Notes: generated from the sequence alone by a model not told the origin. Positions 1 to 9,489 are shown, counted from the first letter of the stretch. The stretch: DNA of 32,000 nt from Nitrosopumilaceae archaeon (GCA_035935115.1 DASYXK010000021.1:268174-300173); one strand, 5' to 3'. Numbers and translations are program-made.

Positions 1-723
1 AACATCTTGCGGTGTTGTGACTACCAGTATTCCAGTAATTGGAATAGTTTGAGCCAGTGTTAGTGGGATGTCTCCAGTGCCAGGAGGAAGATCTACAATA
101 AGATAATCCAGATCACTCCAATTAGTATCAACAAGGAACTGCTTGACAATTCCTGAAATTATAGGTCCTCTGTAAATTGCTGCTTGATGAGTCTGTTCAG
201 CAAAAAATCCAAACGAAACTACTTTTAATCCATTTGATTCAGCTGGTTGCAGCTTGTTGTTTTCAACTTCCATTACAGCTTTTCCCATTCCAAGCATCAA
301 CGGAACACTAGGTCCGTAAATGTCAGCGTCAAGCAACCCCACTTTTGCACCAGACTGTGCCAAAGCTAGCGCAAGGTTAACTGAGACTGTTGTCTTGCCT
401 ACCCCGCCTTTACCACTTGCTACACCAATGATGTTTTTTACAGTTGGCATCATTTCGTCCATGCTTAGTGCGCGGCCTTCCATTACTTTGGCAGTTACCT
501 TCAGATCAAGTTTTAAATTTCCTAGTGTGCCTACTGCTTTTCTAACATCCTCTTCTATTTGATCATTAAATGGACATGCGGGAGTTGTAAGTTCAAGAGT
601 AAATTTTAGATCATTGTTGTTGATTTCTAGATCTTTAATCATTCCCATGGAAACAATGTCTTTTTTTAGATCAGGATCAATTACTGTGCTTAATGTCTTA
701 AGAACGTCGTCTACAGATACCAT
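1..723 (-). CDS. Mrp/ApbC/NBP35-family Fe-S cluster carrier ATPase with N-terminal DUF59/MIP18-like domain (partial; 3' end runs off the window)
   Basis: Absent from the ORF track because it has no stop inside the window. Hand translation of the minus strand from ATG (complement of cat 721-723) gives MVSVDDVLKTLSTVIDPDLKKDIVSMGMIKDLEI...NIIGVASGKGGVGKTTVSVNLALALAQSGAKVGLLDADIYGPSVP...DYLIVDLPPGTGD. The deviant Walker A GKGGVGKT and the DLPPGTGD motif are Mrp/NBP35 signatures. Plus-strand ORFs 320..562 and 614..796 are its antisense shadows. Confidence 0.85.
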   Translation of the reverse strand, partial: MVSVDDVLKTLSTVIDPDLKKDIVSMGMIKDLEINNNDLKFTLELTTPACPFNDQIEEDVRKAVGTLGNLKLDLKVTAKVMEGRALSMDEMMPTVKNIIGVASGKGGVGKTTVSVNLALALAQSGAKVGLLDADIYGPSVPLMLGMGKAVMEVENNKLQPAESNGLKVVSFGFFAEQTHQAAIYRGPIISGIVKQFLVDTNWSDLDYLIVDLPPGTGDIPLTLAQTIPITGILVVTTPQDV

Positions 724-821
724 AAATTCAAAAAGTCCAAATACGATATTTAAACATAGGCAAAAATGGCTAATTTTATCATCCAAAGATTCATAAATTG
801 AAATTTTATCAAATTTCTTAG

Positions 822-1442
822 ATGTTTTCTATATCTACACTTACTGATGTAGTTAGGATTCCGCCTAAGCTGTTTGGCGAATCTCTCAAAAAAGCAGCAA
901 CTACCATACTCAGAGAAAAATACGAGAGCATGATAAATCCGGAACTTGGTTATGTAATTATGATTTTAGATACTAAAGTTGAGAAAATGGGAAAAATTGT
1001 TTCTGGCGATGGCGGTACATATCACAAAGTTGAGTTTACAGCTTTGACATTCTATCCGAAACTCCAAGAAATTGTTAGAGGGGAGATTGTTGAAATTACA
1101 GACTTTGGTGCATTTGTAAGAATTGGAGCAACAGACGCACTGTTGCATTTATCACAAATTATGGATGATTATCTAAAAAGCGATGTAAAGTCTGGCTTGA
1201 TACTTGCTAACCAAAGTGGAAGGACAATGAGAATCGGCACTACACTTCGTGCAAGAATAACTGCGGTTTCTCTTGGAAAAACTGCAGCTATGAAGATAGG
1301 CATTACATGCAGACAGCCTTTCCTTGGTGCAGACGAGTGGATAGAAGAAGAGATAAAGAAAGCAAAATCTCCAGCAGCTCAAACTGAAAAAGCTAAAGCC
1401 CCATCAGCTGAAAAAGCCAAGAAAGTTGTAGAAGCAAAGTGA
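822..1442 (+). CDS. rpoE: DNA-directed RNA polymerase subunit E' (Rpo7), S1 domain
   Basis: The N-terminus MFSISTLTDVVRIPPKLFG...YESMINPELGYVI is typical of archaeal Rpo7. S1 fold GEIVEITDFGAFVRIGATDALLHLSQIMDD. Immediately followed by spt4, the conserved archaeal gene pair. Confidence 0.9.
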   Translation: MFSISTLTDVVRIPPKLFGESLKKAATTILREKYESMINPELGYVIMILDTKVEKMGKIVSGDGGTYHKVEFTALTFYPKLQEIVRGEIVEITDFGAFVRIGATDALLHLSQIMDDYLKSDVKSGLILANQSGRTMRIGTTLRARITAVSLGKTAAMKIGITCRQPFLGADEWIEEEIKKAKSPAAQTEKAKAPSAEKAKKVVEAK

Positions 1443-1449
1443 AATTAAT

Positions 1450-1638
1450 ATGGTAAAAGAAATGGCATGTAGAAAATGTAAATTTGTAACAATAGGTAAA
1501 GTATGCCCTAATTGCAAATCAGCAGATCTGACGCCAGATTGGCGTGGTTCTATTCTCATAGTTGATCCAGCTACATCAGTAGTTGCAAAAACTTTGGGAA
1601 TAACAGTGATGGGCAAGTATGCTCTCAAGGTAACCTAG
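1450..1638 (+). CDS. spt4: Transcription elongation factor Spt4 (RpoE'')
   Basis: 62 aa with a C4 zinc ribbon (CRKC...CPNC) followed by DWRGSILIVDP. Located directly downstream of rpoE'. Confidence 0.85.
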   Translation: MVKEMACRKCKFVTIGKVCPNCKSADLTPDWRGSILIVDPATSVVAKTLGITVMGKYALKVT

Positions 1639-1639
1639 A

Positions 1640-2467
1640 TTGCACATACGTGCAAGAAAAGCGCTTGATAATTTTTTAGCTGAAGATATTGGGAAAGGAG
1701 ACATTACAAGTAATCTTTTACCAAGAAAAAAAATCACTGCAAGTATAATTTCAAGACAAGAAGGAATAGTGGCAGGAGTACAATATGTAAAGTACATCTT
1801 TGTCTCAAGAGGATGTAAAGTAAAAATTCTAAAAAAAGATGGTTCCAAAATCAAACCAAACCAGAAAATAATGATTGTCTCAGGTTTTGCCCATATCATA
1901 TTGTCATGTGAGAGAACTGCACTCAACTTATTATCAAGAATGAGTGGAATTGCAACTCAAACCAATCATCTTGTAAATAAAATAAGGAAGGCAAACCCAA
2001 AAGTAAAACTCTACTCCACAAGAAAAACAGCGCCTGGATTACGTTTGTTTGATAAAGACGCAGTAGAAATTGGCGGAGGTAACAGACACAGGATGTCACT
2101 TGATCAAATGATCATGATAAAGGATAATCATCTTGCAGTTTCTGATTCTGTTTTGGAGTTGGTTCAAAAAGCATGTAAAAAATACAGAATCGTTGAAGTC
2201 GAAGTCGAGGGCCTAAATGATGCAATTCTTGCTGCAAAAGCTGGAGCATCCATAATAATGCTAGATAATCGTTCACCAAATGAAATTTCAAAAATTGTTA
2301 ACGCTTTAAAAAAATTACACCTAAGGGACAAAATACGAATCGAAGCTTCAGGAGGCATTGATTCTGCCAACATTCAATCATATGCAAGGACTGGTGTTGA
2401 TATGATATCAGTTGGAAAAATTACTAGTTCAGCGCCAGGGCTAGATTTAAGCTTAGAAGTTAGTTGA
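1640..2467 (+). CDS. nadC: Nicotinate-nucleotide pyrophosphorylase (quinolinate phosphoribosyltransferase)
   Basis: The N-terminus LDNFLAEDIGKGDITS, plus TRKTAPGLR, GGGNRHRMSLDQMIMIKDNH and SGGI, matches NadC. It needs the TTG start at 1640, 1 nt after the spt4 stop, because no upstream in-frame ATG exists. Confidence 0.9.
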   Translation: MHIRARKALDNFLAEDIGKGDITSNLLPRKKITASIISRQEGIVAGVQYVKYIFVSRGCKVKILKKDGSKIKPNQKIMIVSGFAHIILSCERTALNLLSRMSGIATQTNHLVNKIRKANPKVKLYSTRKTAPGLRLFDKDAVEIGGGNRHRMSLDQMIMIKDNHLAVSDSVLELVQKACKKYRIVEVEVEGLNDAILAAKAGASIIMLDNRSPNEISKIVNALKKLHLRDKIRIEASGGIDSANIQSYARTGVDMISVGKITSSAPGLDLSLEVS

Positions 2468-3398
2468 TTGCAAGCATTCTTTCAATTGCAAGTTGTGCTT
2501 TTTGAGCAATATTTTTTGGAACCTTAACTTCATACTTTTCTTCTTTTAGGGAAGAATAGACTTTGTCAAGAGTTATCATCTTCATATATTTGCATACCGC
2601 ATTTTCGGAAATAGGGATGAACTCTTTATCGGGATTTTGTTTTCTCATTCTGTATAATATACCAGTCTCTGTTGCAACAACAAATTTCTTTGAAGACGAA
2701 TCCTTTGCATGATTCATCATTCCTTCTGTAGATAGAATTTGAACCTGTCTGTTTCCATAGTCCCCTGATGCAACATCATACATGACTGAAGAAGTACAGC
2801 TGCATTCTGGGTGTATTAGAAATTCAGCGTTGGCATATTGATTTAGTTTTTCTTGTACATCTTGTGATCTTATACCAGCATGTACATGACATTCTCCTGC
2901 CCAGATAAACATGTTATTTCTATTTGTCATCTTTGCAACATATGATCCTAGGAACATATCTGGCAAAAACAGAACTTCTTTATTTTCCGGAATTGATTTC
3001 ACAACATTTACTGCGTTTGATGACGTACAGCAATAATCAAGCTCAGATTTTACTTCGGCAGTTGTGTTCACATAACCTACAGTTATGGCTCCCGGATGTT
3101 CGCTTTTCCATTTTCGCAATTGATCTGCAGTTATAGTATCAGATAATGAACAGCCTGCAGCAAGATCTGGTATGAGCACTTTTTTGTCTGGACATGTAAT
3201 AGCAGCAGTTTCTGCCATAAAATGTACACCACAAAACAAAATTGTTTTTTGTGTTGTCTTTGCAGCTTGTCTTGATAATCCTAAAGAATCTCCTACGTAA
3301 TCTGCAATATCCTGTACCTCAGGAAGTTGATAGTTATGAGCCAAAATAAGAACGTCTTTTTCTTTTTTAAGCTTCAAGATTTCTGATTTTAAATTCAT
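2460..3398 (-). CDS. nadA: Quinolinate synthase A
   Basis: 312 aa with ILAHNYQLPEVQDIADYVGDSL, FCGVHFMAETA and HPEC motifs typical of NadA. The 3' end overlaps nadC by 8 nt (convergent). Confidence 0.95.
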   Translation of the reverse strand: MNLKSEILKLKKEKDVLILAHNYQLPEVQDIADYVGDSLGLSRQAAKTTQKTILFCGVHFMAETAAITCPDKKVLIPDLAAGCSLSDTITADQLRKWKSEHPGAITVGYVNTTAEVKSELDYCCTSSNAVNVVKSIPENKEVLFLPDMFLGSYVAKMTNRNNMFIWAGECHVHAGIRSQDVQEKLNQYANAEFLIHPECSCTSSVMYDVASGDYGNRQVQILSTEGMMNHAKDSSSKKFVVATETGILYRMRKQNPDKEFIPISENAVCKYMKMITLDKVYSSLKEEKYEVKVPKNIAQKAQLAIERMLAIN

Positions 3399-3492
3399 TT
3401 ATCCAAAATAAACTGGCGATTTTTATCATTTAAAGGATAAGGTCCATGACATATTTGAGGACGTGTTGCGATATGATGGCAATATTTGCCAT

Positions 3493-4326
3493 TTATGTTC
3501 CAATTCTAATATCATCTTGACAGACTGCCCTCAGGCACTCTATCGCAGACAAAATTGCAAGTCTGCTTGTTTTTGGGTTATTAGGACTTGGTACATTTTC
3601 TACCTTGATTGAGAACTTGCCAAATTTACCTTGAGCTACTATCTCATGAGTGTTTTTGTCAGTATTTGGGTCTGCAATCATTCTTACTTTTGTGTTTAAG
3701 CTTCCAAGTCCAGCCAAGCTAAGAAGAGCTGCCACGTTAATGTTAGCAGGAAAAAGTCGTACAGCTTCTTGTGCTGTACCTTCAAAAATTATCGTAGAAT
3801 CTTTAATATTTTCAATATCAAGTTTTGAAGTTTCAAAGAATTTTGCTCCTTTTAATGATCTTGGACTTTTTGTCGTAACCAATGTAATCGATTCTAATTC
3901 ATCTTTTACAGAACGTATACCATCTAGACCCAAAATTGCTCCAGATGGAAGATAAATTGATCTTTTGAAATCTTTGCAACCTTCAACTATAATATCAAAA
4001 ATGGATTCGTCTAAAAGTGCGCCAACACTCATAATCATCAAATCTTTTCTGTTTTGCAGTATACCGAGTGCGTTATCCCTAACTGCATCTTGGGATGCCG
4101 CTTCTACAATGATATCAGTTGGTGCAGCAGCAAGCAAGCCTACGTTTTCAGTGATCTCAGGTTTATCCTTTAGTTTTGTTACTAGTAATTTTGAGGCATC
4201 TTTAGAAAAATCGAAAACATGAGTTAGTTTGGCTGGAATCTTTCCTGAGTCAATTGCCAAGGCAATTTCAGTACCAATTGCACCACACCCTAAAAGTCCT
4301 ATTCTTTTCAAGATATTGAATGTCAT
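3493..4326 (-). CDS. nadX: L-aspartate dehydrogenase
   Basis: Rossmann N-terminus IGLLGCGAIGTEIA, about 277 aa, with the C-terminal NPKTSRLAILSAI typical of the NadX family. Lies upstream of nadA on the same strand. Confidence 0.85.
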   Translation of the reverse strand: MTFNILKRIGLLGCGAIGTEIALAIDSGKIPAKLTHVFDFSKDASKLLVTKLKDKPEITENVGLLAAAPTDIIVEAASQDAVRDNALGILQNRKDLMIMSVGALLDESIFDIIVEGCKDFKRSIYLPSGAILGLDGIRSVKDELESITLVTTKSPRSLKGAKFFETSKLDIENIKDSTIIFEGTAQEAVRLFPANINVAALLSLAGLGSLNTKVRMIADPNTDKNTHEIVAQGKFGKFSIKVENVPSPNNPKTSRLAILSAIECLRAVCQDDIRIGT

Positions 4327-4438
4327 AGTGAACCCTTGTTAAAGCTATTAGTAATAGGAAAAAAAATCCCCCATAAACGAGATTAGTACATAAATTGAAA
4401 TTAATCTTGTTAGATATAATAAAAGGAAGGTCAATGAA

Positions 4439-5314
4439 TTGAAACAAGCAGAATCTGGATTAATGGAGAGATTTCTCTTCAGAATAGCCAAGCAATGGAT
4501 TGCAGGTGACACCATGGAGCAAGCATTGGAATCCGCACGCCTTGCAAACAAGCATGGCATGGGTGCAATAATCAACAAGCTAGGAGAACATATGACTTCG
4601 AAAAATCAAATCGAGAGCACCGTATCAGAATATCTTGTTCTTGTCGCTAATTTACACAAATCAAAAGTAGAAGGCGGTGTATCGATCAAACCCACACAGA
4701 TAGGATTATCAAAAAACAAAAACGAGTGCTCTGAAAACTTTAGCAAAATAATAGAAAAGGCATCGTTATCACAATCTTTTGTCTGGATTGACATGGAGTC
4801 ATCTGAACATACTGATGACACCATTGTAATTTATAATGAATTATTTGATAAATATGAAAGATTAGGCATAGCTCTTCAAGCAAATCTAAAACGAACGTCA
4901 AAAGATTTGTCTGATTTACTAAAAAAAGGGGCAAAAATCCGTCTAGTAAAAGGAGCATATCATGAAGATAAGAAAACTGCTTTTCAGACAAGAAAAGAGG
5001 TTGATGAAAATTATAAGAAATTAATGGAAATGCTTTTTGTCAATGGTAATGAATTTGGTATTGCAACACATGATTCTAAATTAATTGATGAGGCCATACA
5101 ACTGTACAAAACTCATGAAAGAAAATTTGAGTTTCAAATGCTTAAGGGAATACGAGATGAATTAAAACCAATTCTTCTGAAAAAAGGATTTTCAGTCTCA
5201 GAGTACATTCCATATGGCACCAACTGGCTTCCCTATTCTATTAGAAGACTAAAGGAACGAAAGCGAAACATTCTGCTTTTGGGAAGTTCCTTTATTCATT
5301 CACATCGAGTTTGA
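4439..5314 (+). CDS. Proline dehydrogenase (monofunctional PutA-like)
   Basis: FLFRIAKQWIAGDTMEQAL, SIKPTQIGL, IRLVKGAY, GIATHD and QMLKGIR match the proline dehydrogenase TIM barrel. The track start at 4439 is TTG; ATG at 4463 (MERFLF...) is an alternative start. Confidence 0.8.
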   Translation: MKQAESGLMERFLFRIAKQWIAGDTMEQALESARLANKHGMGAIINKLGEHMTSKNQIESTVSEYLVLVANLHKSKVEGGVSIKPTQIGLSKNKNECSENFSKIIEKASLSQSFVWIDMESSEHTDDTIVIYNELFDKYERLGIALQANLKRTSKDLSDLLKKGAKIRLVKGAYHEDKKTAFQTRKEVDENYKKLMEMLFVNGNEFGIATHDSKLIDEAIQLYKTHERKFEFQMLKGIRDELKPILLKKGFSVSEYIPYGTNWLPYSIRRLKERKRNILLLGSSFIHSHRV

Positions 5315-6861
5315 GTCTGCTCTCTCATGAATTGAGGAAGATAGTATTCCCCTCCAGCCCCTTTACCTGAAATTCCAGACTCTTTCCAGCCAACAAAGGG
5401 TTGAGCTCCAACCATTGCACCCGTGGTTGCGCTTGCAGCCCTATTTGCATAAGTTACACCGGCTTCAATTTGTTCAAAGAAGGCTTCAATTTCTTTCTGA
5501 TCTTTGCTAAATATCCCAGCAGTAAGACCGTAATTAGTTTTATTTGCCATCTTTATCCCTTCATCAAAGCTATCAAACGGAATAACACAAACAAACGGCA
5601 AAAACAATTCTTCTACAATTAGCTCGTGTTCTTGTGGAAGGTCGGTAACTATTGTAGGCTCGACAAAATATCCGTGTTGATAATCCGAATCTTTTAGAAC
5701 AGAACCGCCAAATACAACCTTTCCATCTTTTTTTGCAACCTCAGAGACTCTTTGGAATTTTTTCACTGCGGCTTCATTAATGAGTGGTCCCAAAAAAACA
5801 TCTTTTTGCCAAGGATAACCTATCTTGATGGATTTTGTTTTTGATACTAGTTTTTCCATAAATTGATTTGCAATATTTTTTTGCACATAAACTCTAGAAC
5901 AGGCACTGCACTTTTGTCCGCCATATCCAAATGATGCACGTAAAACTCCTTCTGCTGCTTTTTCAAGATCTGCAGATTCAGTAATAATTGCGGGATTTTT
6001 TCCTCCCATTTCAGAAATAAATGGTCGTGGTTTTTTCTCAACAAAAGCTTCAAACCCCGACATTCCAACCTCTTTTGAACCTGTAAAAGCAATTCCATCA
6101 ACAAGTGGACTTTCAAATATTGTTTTACCTACAACGCTTCCAGCACCAGTAATAAAGTTCAGAGCTGCAGGAGGAAGCTTGTGATGTATAGATTCTACAA
6201 ACTTGAATGCTGAAAGTGGAGCATCACTAGATGGTTTGAGAATTGCAGAATTGCCCGTAATGAGAGCTCCCGTAGTCATTCCAATTGCGATAGCGGATGG
6301 AAAATTAAATGGCGATATTATTCCCCAAAGACCGTAGGGTTTGAGCACGCTTCGTGTCTTTTCATTTGGACTGACGCTCTTTGTTTCTTTAGAAAAGCCT
6401 TGATTCAATTCAAGTTGTTCTGCATAAAATCTAAGAAAGTCAACTGCTTCATCTACATCCCCCATAGCTTCAAGGCGATTTTTACCGTTTTCAAATGTCA
6501 TTATAGCAGCGAGTAGGAATTTATCAAAAGACAGAGTTTTGGCGCATTCTCTAAAGATTTCAACTCTTTTTTGATAAGATACTTGACTCCATCTTGAAAA
6601 AGCATCCTTTGCAGAGTCTATAGCGTGAAGCGCATCTTCTCTTGTTGCCAATGGAAAATTTGCAATAACAATTCTGGTATCAGCCGGAGATCGTACTTGA
6701 AACTGATTATCAGAGTAAATTTCTTTTCCTCCTATTATCATCGGATATCTTTTGCCAAAATCTTTTTTTACCGTATCAATTGCTTGATCAAATTTCCTGT
6801 TGAATTCATCGGTAAAGTTGTTTAATACTGCACTAGTCCAAGTTTTTTCATTTTCAAACAC
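5296..6861 (-). CDS. pruA: 1-pyrroline-5-carboxylate (L-glutamate gamma-semialdehyde) dehydrogenase, ALDH family
   Basis: 521 aa. ALDH motifs FTGS and EMGGKN, with the catalytic Cys in GYGGQKCSACSR. The N-terminal region (EAMGDVDEAVDFLRFYA) is typical of the RocA/PruA subgroup. Convergent with the proline dehydrogenase and overlaps it by 19 nt. Confidence 0.85.
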   Translation of the reverse strand: MFENEKTWTSAVLNNFTDEFNRKFDQAIDTVKKDFGKRYPMIIGGKEIYSDNQFQVRSPADTRIVIANFPLATREDALHAIDSAKDAFSRWSQVSYQKRVEIFRECAKTLSFDKFLLAAIMTFENGKNRLEAMGDVDEAVDFLRFYAEQLELNQGFSKETKSVSPNEKTRSVLKPYGLWGIISPFNFPSAIAIGMTTGALITGNSAILKPSSDAPLSAFKFVESIHHKLPPAALNFITGAGSVVGKTIFESPLVDGIAFTGSKEVGMSGFEAFVEKKPRPFISEMGGKNPAIITESADLEKAAEGVLRASFGYGGQKCSACSRVYVQKNIANQFMEKLVSKTKSIKIGYPWQKDVFLGPLINEAAVKKFQRVSEVAKKDGKVVFGGSVLKDSDYQHGYFVEPTIVTDLPQEHELIVEELFLPFVCVIPFDSFDEGIKMANKTNYGLTAGIFSKDQKEIEAFFEQIEAGVTYANRAASATTGAMVGAQPFVGWKESGISGKGAGGEYYLPQFMREQTQTRCE

Positions 6862-6948
6862 GGCAATCTTATGTATCTGTACAATAAATTAGCTCCTAAT
6901 TTTCTTAGCCATAAATGAAAATAGCAGTATGTTGTAAGTATACTAAAC

Positions 6949-7044
6949 ATGCATAAAATATGTAAACGCTGTAAAACCGAATATGATGATAACGGGTATC
7001 CTGTCTGCAATTATTGTTTGGAAGTACTAGACAATTACGAATAA
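6949..7044 (+). CDS. Small zinc-ribbon protein (31 aa, CxxC-x12-CxxC)
   Basis: Hand translation: MHKICKRCKTEYDDNGYPVCNYCLEVLDNYE*. Four Cys in two CxxC knuckles. An A/T-rich TATA-like stretch (ataaatgaaaata, about 6911-6923) lies about 30 nt upstream of the ATG. Below the size cutoff of the ORF track. Confidence 0.4.
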   Translation: MHKICKRCKTEYDDNGYPVCNYCLEVLDNYE

Positions 7045-7126
7045 GAGTTAGTCAAAAATTGATTACATCTTAGCTTGTACACTAATCTGTTTTAAACGCT
7101 AAACATTTTATGCTTGTATACAAAGT

Positions 7127-7972
7127 GTGCTTATGCTAAATACTGTCTATATTGATGCATTAAAAAAACGTGAGGCGACGCTTTCTATTTTAAAAGGAGA
7201 AAAATTTGATCAGATCATAGAGGAAGCCAAGCACAATTGGATAGATTACATGCCACAGAAGCAGGATTGTGAAATTGCCGGAATAGATAGTAGCTACAAC
7301 AGCACAAAATTTCAAGGGCTAGAACTTTGGGTAGTTACGGCAGTAGCTATAAAATCAGATAGTACCGTGATTTCAGAATTTCATAATCATGGTCTAGGTA
7401 CACCGTCACCTGAACTTGAGACACAGGCCAGTAAAATGGAAATAGATGCCTGTACCACATCTGTAGATAAAGCAGATGTAGTGATATTAGATGGTTCATT
7501 ATATTCTCAGTTTCTAACCAGACAATCCGCCCTTAGTTCCATGATTACAACAGCCATTAAAAAGAGAAACAATGTAGTATTCATATCAAAAACTTCTTCG
7601 GCTAGAAAACAATTTGAAAAATTTGGTTCTTTGGCAGGAGATATTTTTTACTATAATCACGCCATAAAGAAGGCAGGTTTTAGTAAAATTTTTGTTGACA
7701 AGGAATTAGGACCAGGCAAAGTTATTTCATCAACATATGCAAGGTTAAGTGAGTCTACGCCATTGATAAAAATTGAATTATTTGGATCTGATCATGATGA
7801 AACAGAAGTGAAATCACTTTTAGATAGATTGTGTAAAAATAGTGTTTCTGGATATCCGTACGCCTTAAAGCTTGCACACAACAAATGCAAGATAACGCAT
7901 ACAGATCTTGCACGACTTGTTAGTCTATATGGGCTAGGAAATGAAATTGGATCAAGGGAGGTACTAGGATGA
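7127..7972 (+). CDS. nurA: NurA 5'-3' nuclease
   Basis: EIAGIDSSYN (catalytic Asp region), VVILDGSLY and the gene context (first gene of the herA-mre11-rad50 cluster). The track start 7127 is GTG. ATG at 7133 (MLNTVY) sits about 25 nt downstream of a TATA-like cattttat and may be the real, leaderless start. Confidence 0.85.
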   Translation: MLMLNTVYIDALKKREATLSILKGEKFDQIIEEAKHNWIDYMPQKQDCEIAGIDSSYNSTKFQGLELWVVTAVAIKSDSTVISEFHNHGLGTPSPELETQASKMEIDACTTSVDKADVVILDGSLYSQFLTRQSALSSMITTAIKKRNNVVFISKTSSARKQFEKFGSLAGDIFYYNHAIKKAGFSKIFVDKELGPGKVISSTYARLSESTPLIKIELFGSDHDETEVKSLLDRLCKNSVSGYPYALKLAHNKCKITHTDLARLVSLYGLGNEIGSREVLG

Positions 7973-9489
7973 CAATCGGAGTTGTGATAGGAGAATCAAA
8001 ACCAACCGAGGTTACCGCACAATCATCTAAACCACTTGCTGTAGGAGAATATGTCATCATTGATTCACAAAATGGAAAGCTACTCGGATTAGTAGAAAGA
8101 TCAATTGTTTCAAGTGATGCACTCACAGATGTACGAAACTTTGACGAAGCTATAGAAAGCAAAGAGGTGGCATCGCTTAATTCTCGAGATAAAAGCTATA
8201 AAGTAAAAATAGGAATTCTTGGATTTTTAGACAAGTTACAAAAAGGACAAACTGTTTTGCCTGCAATTCCTCCATTACCAGGATCTTCAATACTTGATGC
8301 CACTGAAGAGGATTTGGAAATAATATTTGCCCCAAAGGAAAACGAATGGATTAGAATAGGATCTCTTCTTAGAAATTCAGATACTGAAGCCAAAGTAAAC
8401 CTGAACAAAATTGTCTCAAGACACATAGGCATACTTGCTATGACAGGCATGGGAAAAAGTAATCTGGTATCGCTCATCGCTAAGCAGATAGCAACACTTC
8501 AAGGAACACTAATAATTTTTGATTATCACAATGATTATGAAAATCTGAATCTGCCAAAAATCAACATAATGACAGCTAAAATAAATCCAAGATTATTACA
8601 AGCAGACAAGCTTGCTGAAGTAATAGAGATTAGGGAAAATGCAGACAAGCAACAAAGAGCATTGCGTGAAGCCTTTACTGATTCAGTCAAGCAAGCAAAA
8701 GATTTCTGGGCAGCATTAGAAGACAGTGTTTCATCGTTTGGGCATACGACAAAAGGATACGCGGATAGTGCAAGTCGAGTTCTTGACAAGATTGATGATG
8801 CCAAACATAGATTTTCTGATATTTTAGATCCGGATTGTGGAGATCCTGTTGATTTGATAAAAGAGGGCAGAGTCAACGTACTAAGTGTGGCTGAACTAAG
8901 TGAAAGGCAGGCAAATGCAGGTTTAGCATATTATTTGCAAGAGTTGCTAACAGATAGAAAAGACGCGTGCTGGGCAAAGAGAGGAAAAGAATCTTCAAGA
9001 AAGAATAATAAATTTTCTGCCCCTATTTTTGTAATAATTGAAGAAGCGCATGTTTTTATTCCAAAAGGAGAGCACACTGACACAAAATACTGGGCATCCA
9101 AAGTTGCAAGAGAGGGGAGAAAGTTTGGAATTGGACTTGGAATCGTATCCCAAAGACCTCGAAACATTGATCCAAATGTATTAAGCCAGATGGGTTCTCT
9201 TGCCATAATGAAAATCGTACAAGATGATGATCAACAACAAATTGCCTCAGCTGCAGAATCACTCAGCAAGGATCTGCTTTCTCAGTTGCCATCTTTGAAC
9301 ATAGGTGACGCTGTTCTCATAGGACAATGGGTCAATCTACCAGCAATAGTACACATTGATGAAGTAAAAGGAAAGACTGTGGGTTCCGATCTAAATGCAG
9401 TATCAGAATGGTCAGAATCTACAAAGTTCAAAGAAATTGGCATGGAATCAACCCGAGGGCTAATCCAAAAAGATCTATTGATGGACTAA
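7969..9489 (+). CDS. herA: HerA hexameric DNA helicase/translocase
   Basis: N-terminal HAS-barrel-like GEYVIIDSQNGKLLGLV, Walker A GILAMTGMGKSN, Walker B VFVIIEEAH and GIGLGIVSQRP. The ATGA overlap with the nurA stop indicates translational coupling. Confidence 0.9.
   Translation: MTIGVVIGESKPTEVTAQSSKPLAVGEYVIIDSQNGKLLGLVERSIVSSDALTDVRNFDEAIESKEVASLNSRDKSYKVKIGILGFLDKLQKGQTVLPAIPPLPGSSILDATEEDLEIIFAPKENEWIRIGSLLRNSDTEAKVNLNKIVSRHIGILAMTGMGKSNLVSLIAKQIATLQGTLIIFDYHNDYENLNLPKINIMTAKINPRLLQADKLAEVIEIRENADKQQRALREAFTDSVKQAKDFWAALEDSVSSFGHTTKGYADSASRVLDKIDDAKHRFSDILDPDCGDPVDLIKEGRVNVLSVAELSERQANAGLAYYLQELLTDRKDACWAKRGKESSRKNNKFSAPIFVIIEEAHVFIPKGEHTDTKYWASKVAREGRKFGIGLGIVSQRPRNIDPNVLSQMGSLAIMKIVQDDDQQQIASAAESLSKDLLSQLPSLNIGDAVLIGQWVNLPAIVHIDEVKGKTVGSDLNAVSEWSESTKFKEIGMESTRGLIQKDLLMD

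Noticed and set aside
320-796. Plus-strand track ORFs 320..562 and 614..796
   Set aside because: They lie antisense to a clearly recognisable Mrp/NBP35 gene on the minus strand (GKGGVGKT and related motifs) and have low-complexity, non-protein-like sequences.
3399-3492. Short ORF (MTYLRTCCDMMAIFAIYVPILISS) in the nadA-nadX spacer
   Set aside because: It has no motif, overlaps the likely nadA promoter, and runs into the nadX 3' end. Most likely a chance ORF.
9408-9488. N-terminal 27-codon extension of the Mre11 ORF (track start 9408)
   Set aside because: It lies entirely inside herA in another frame. ATG 9489 gives the canonical Mre11 N-terminus (MIFSHISDTHLG) and a TAATG coupling junction.
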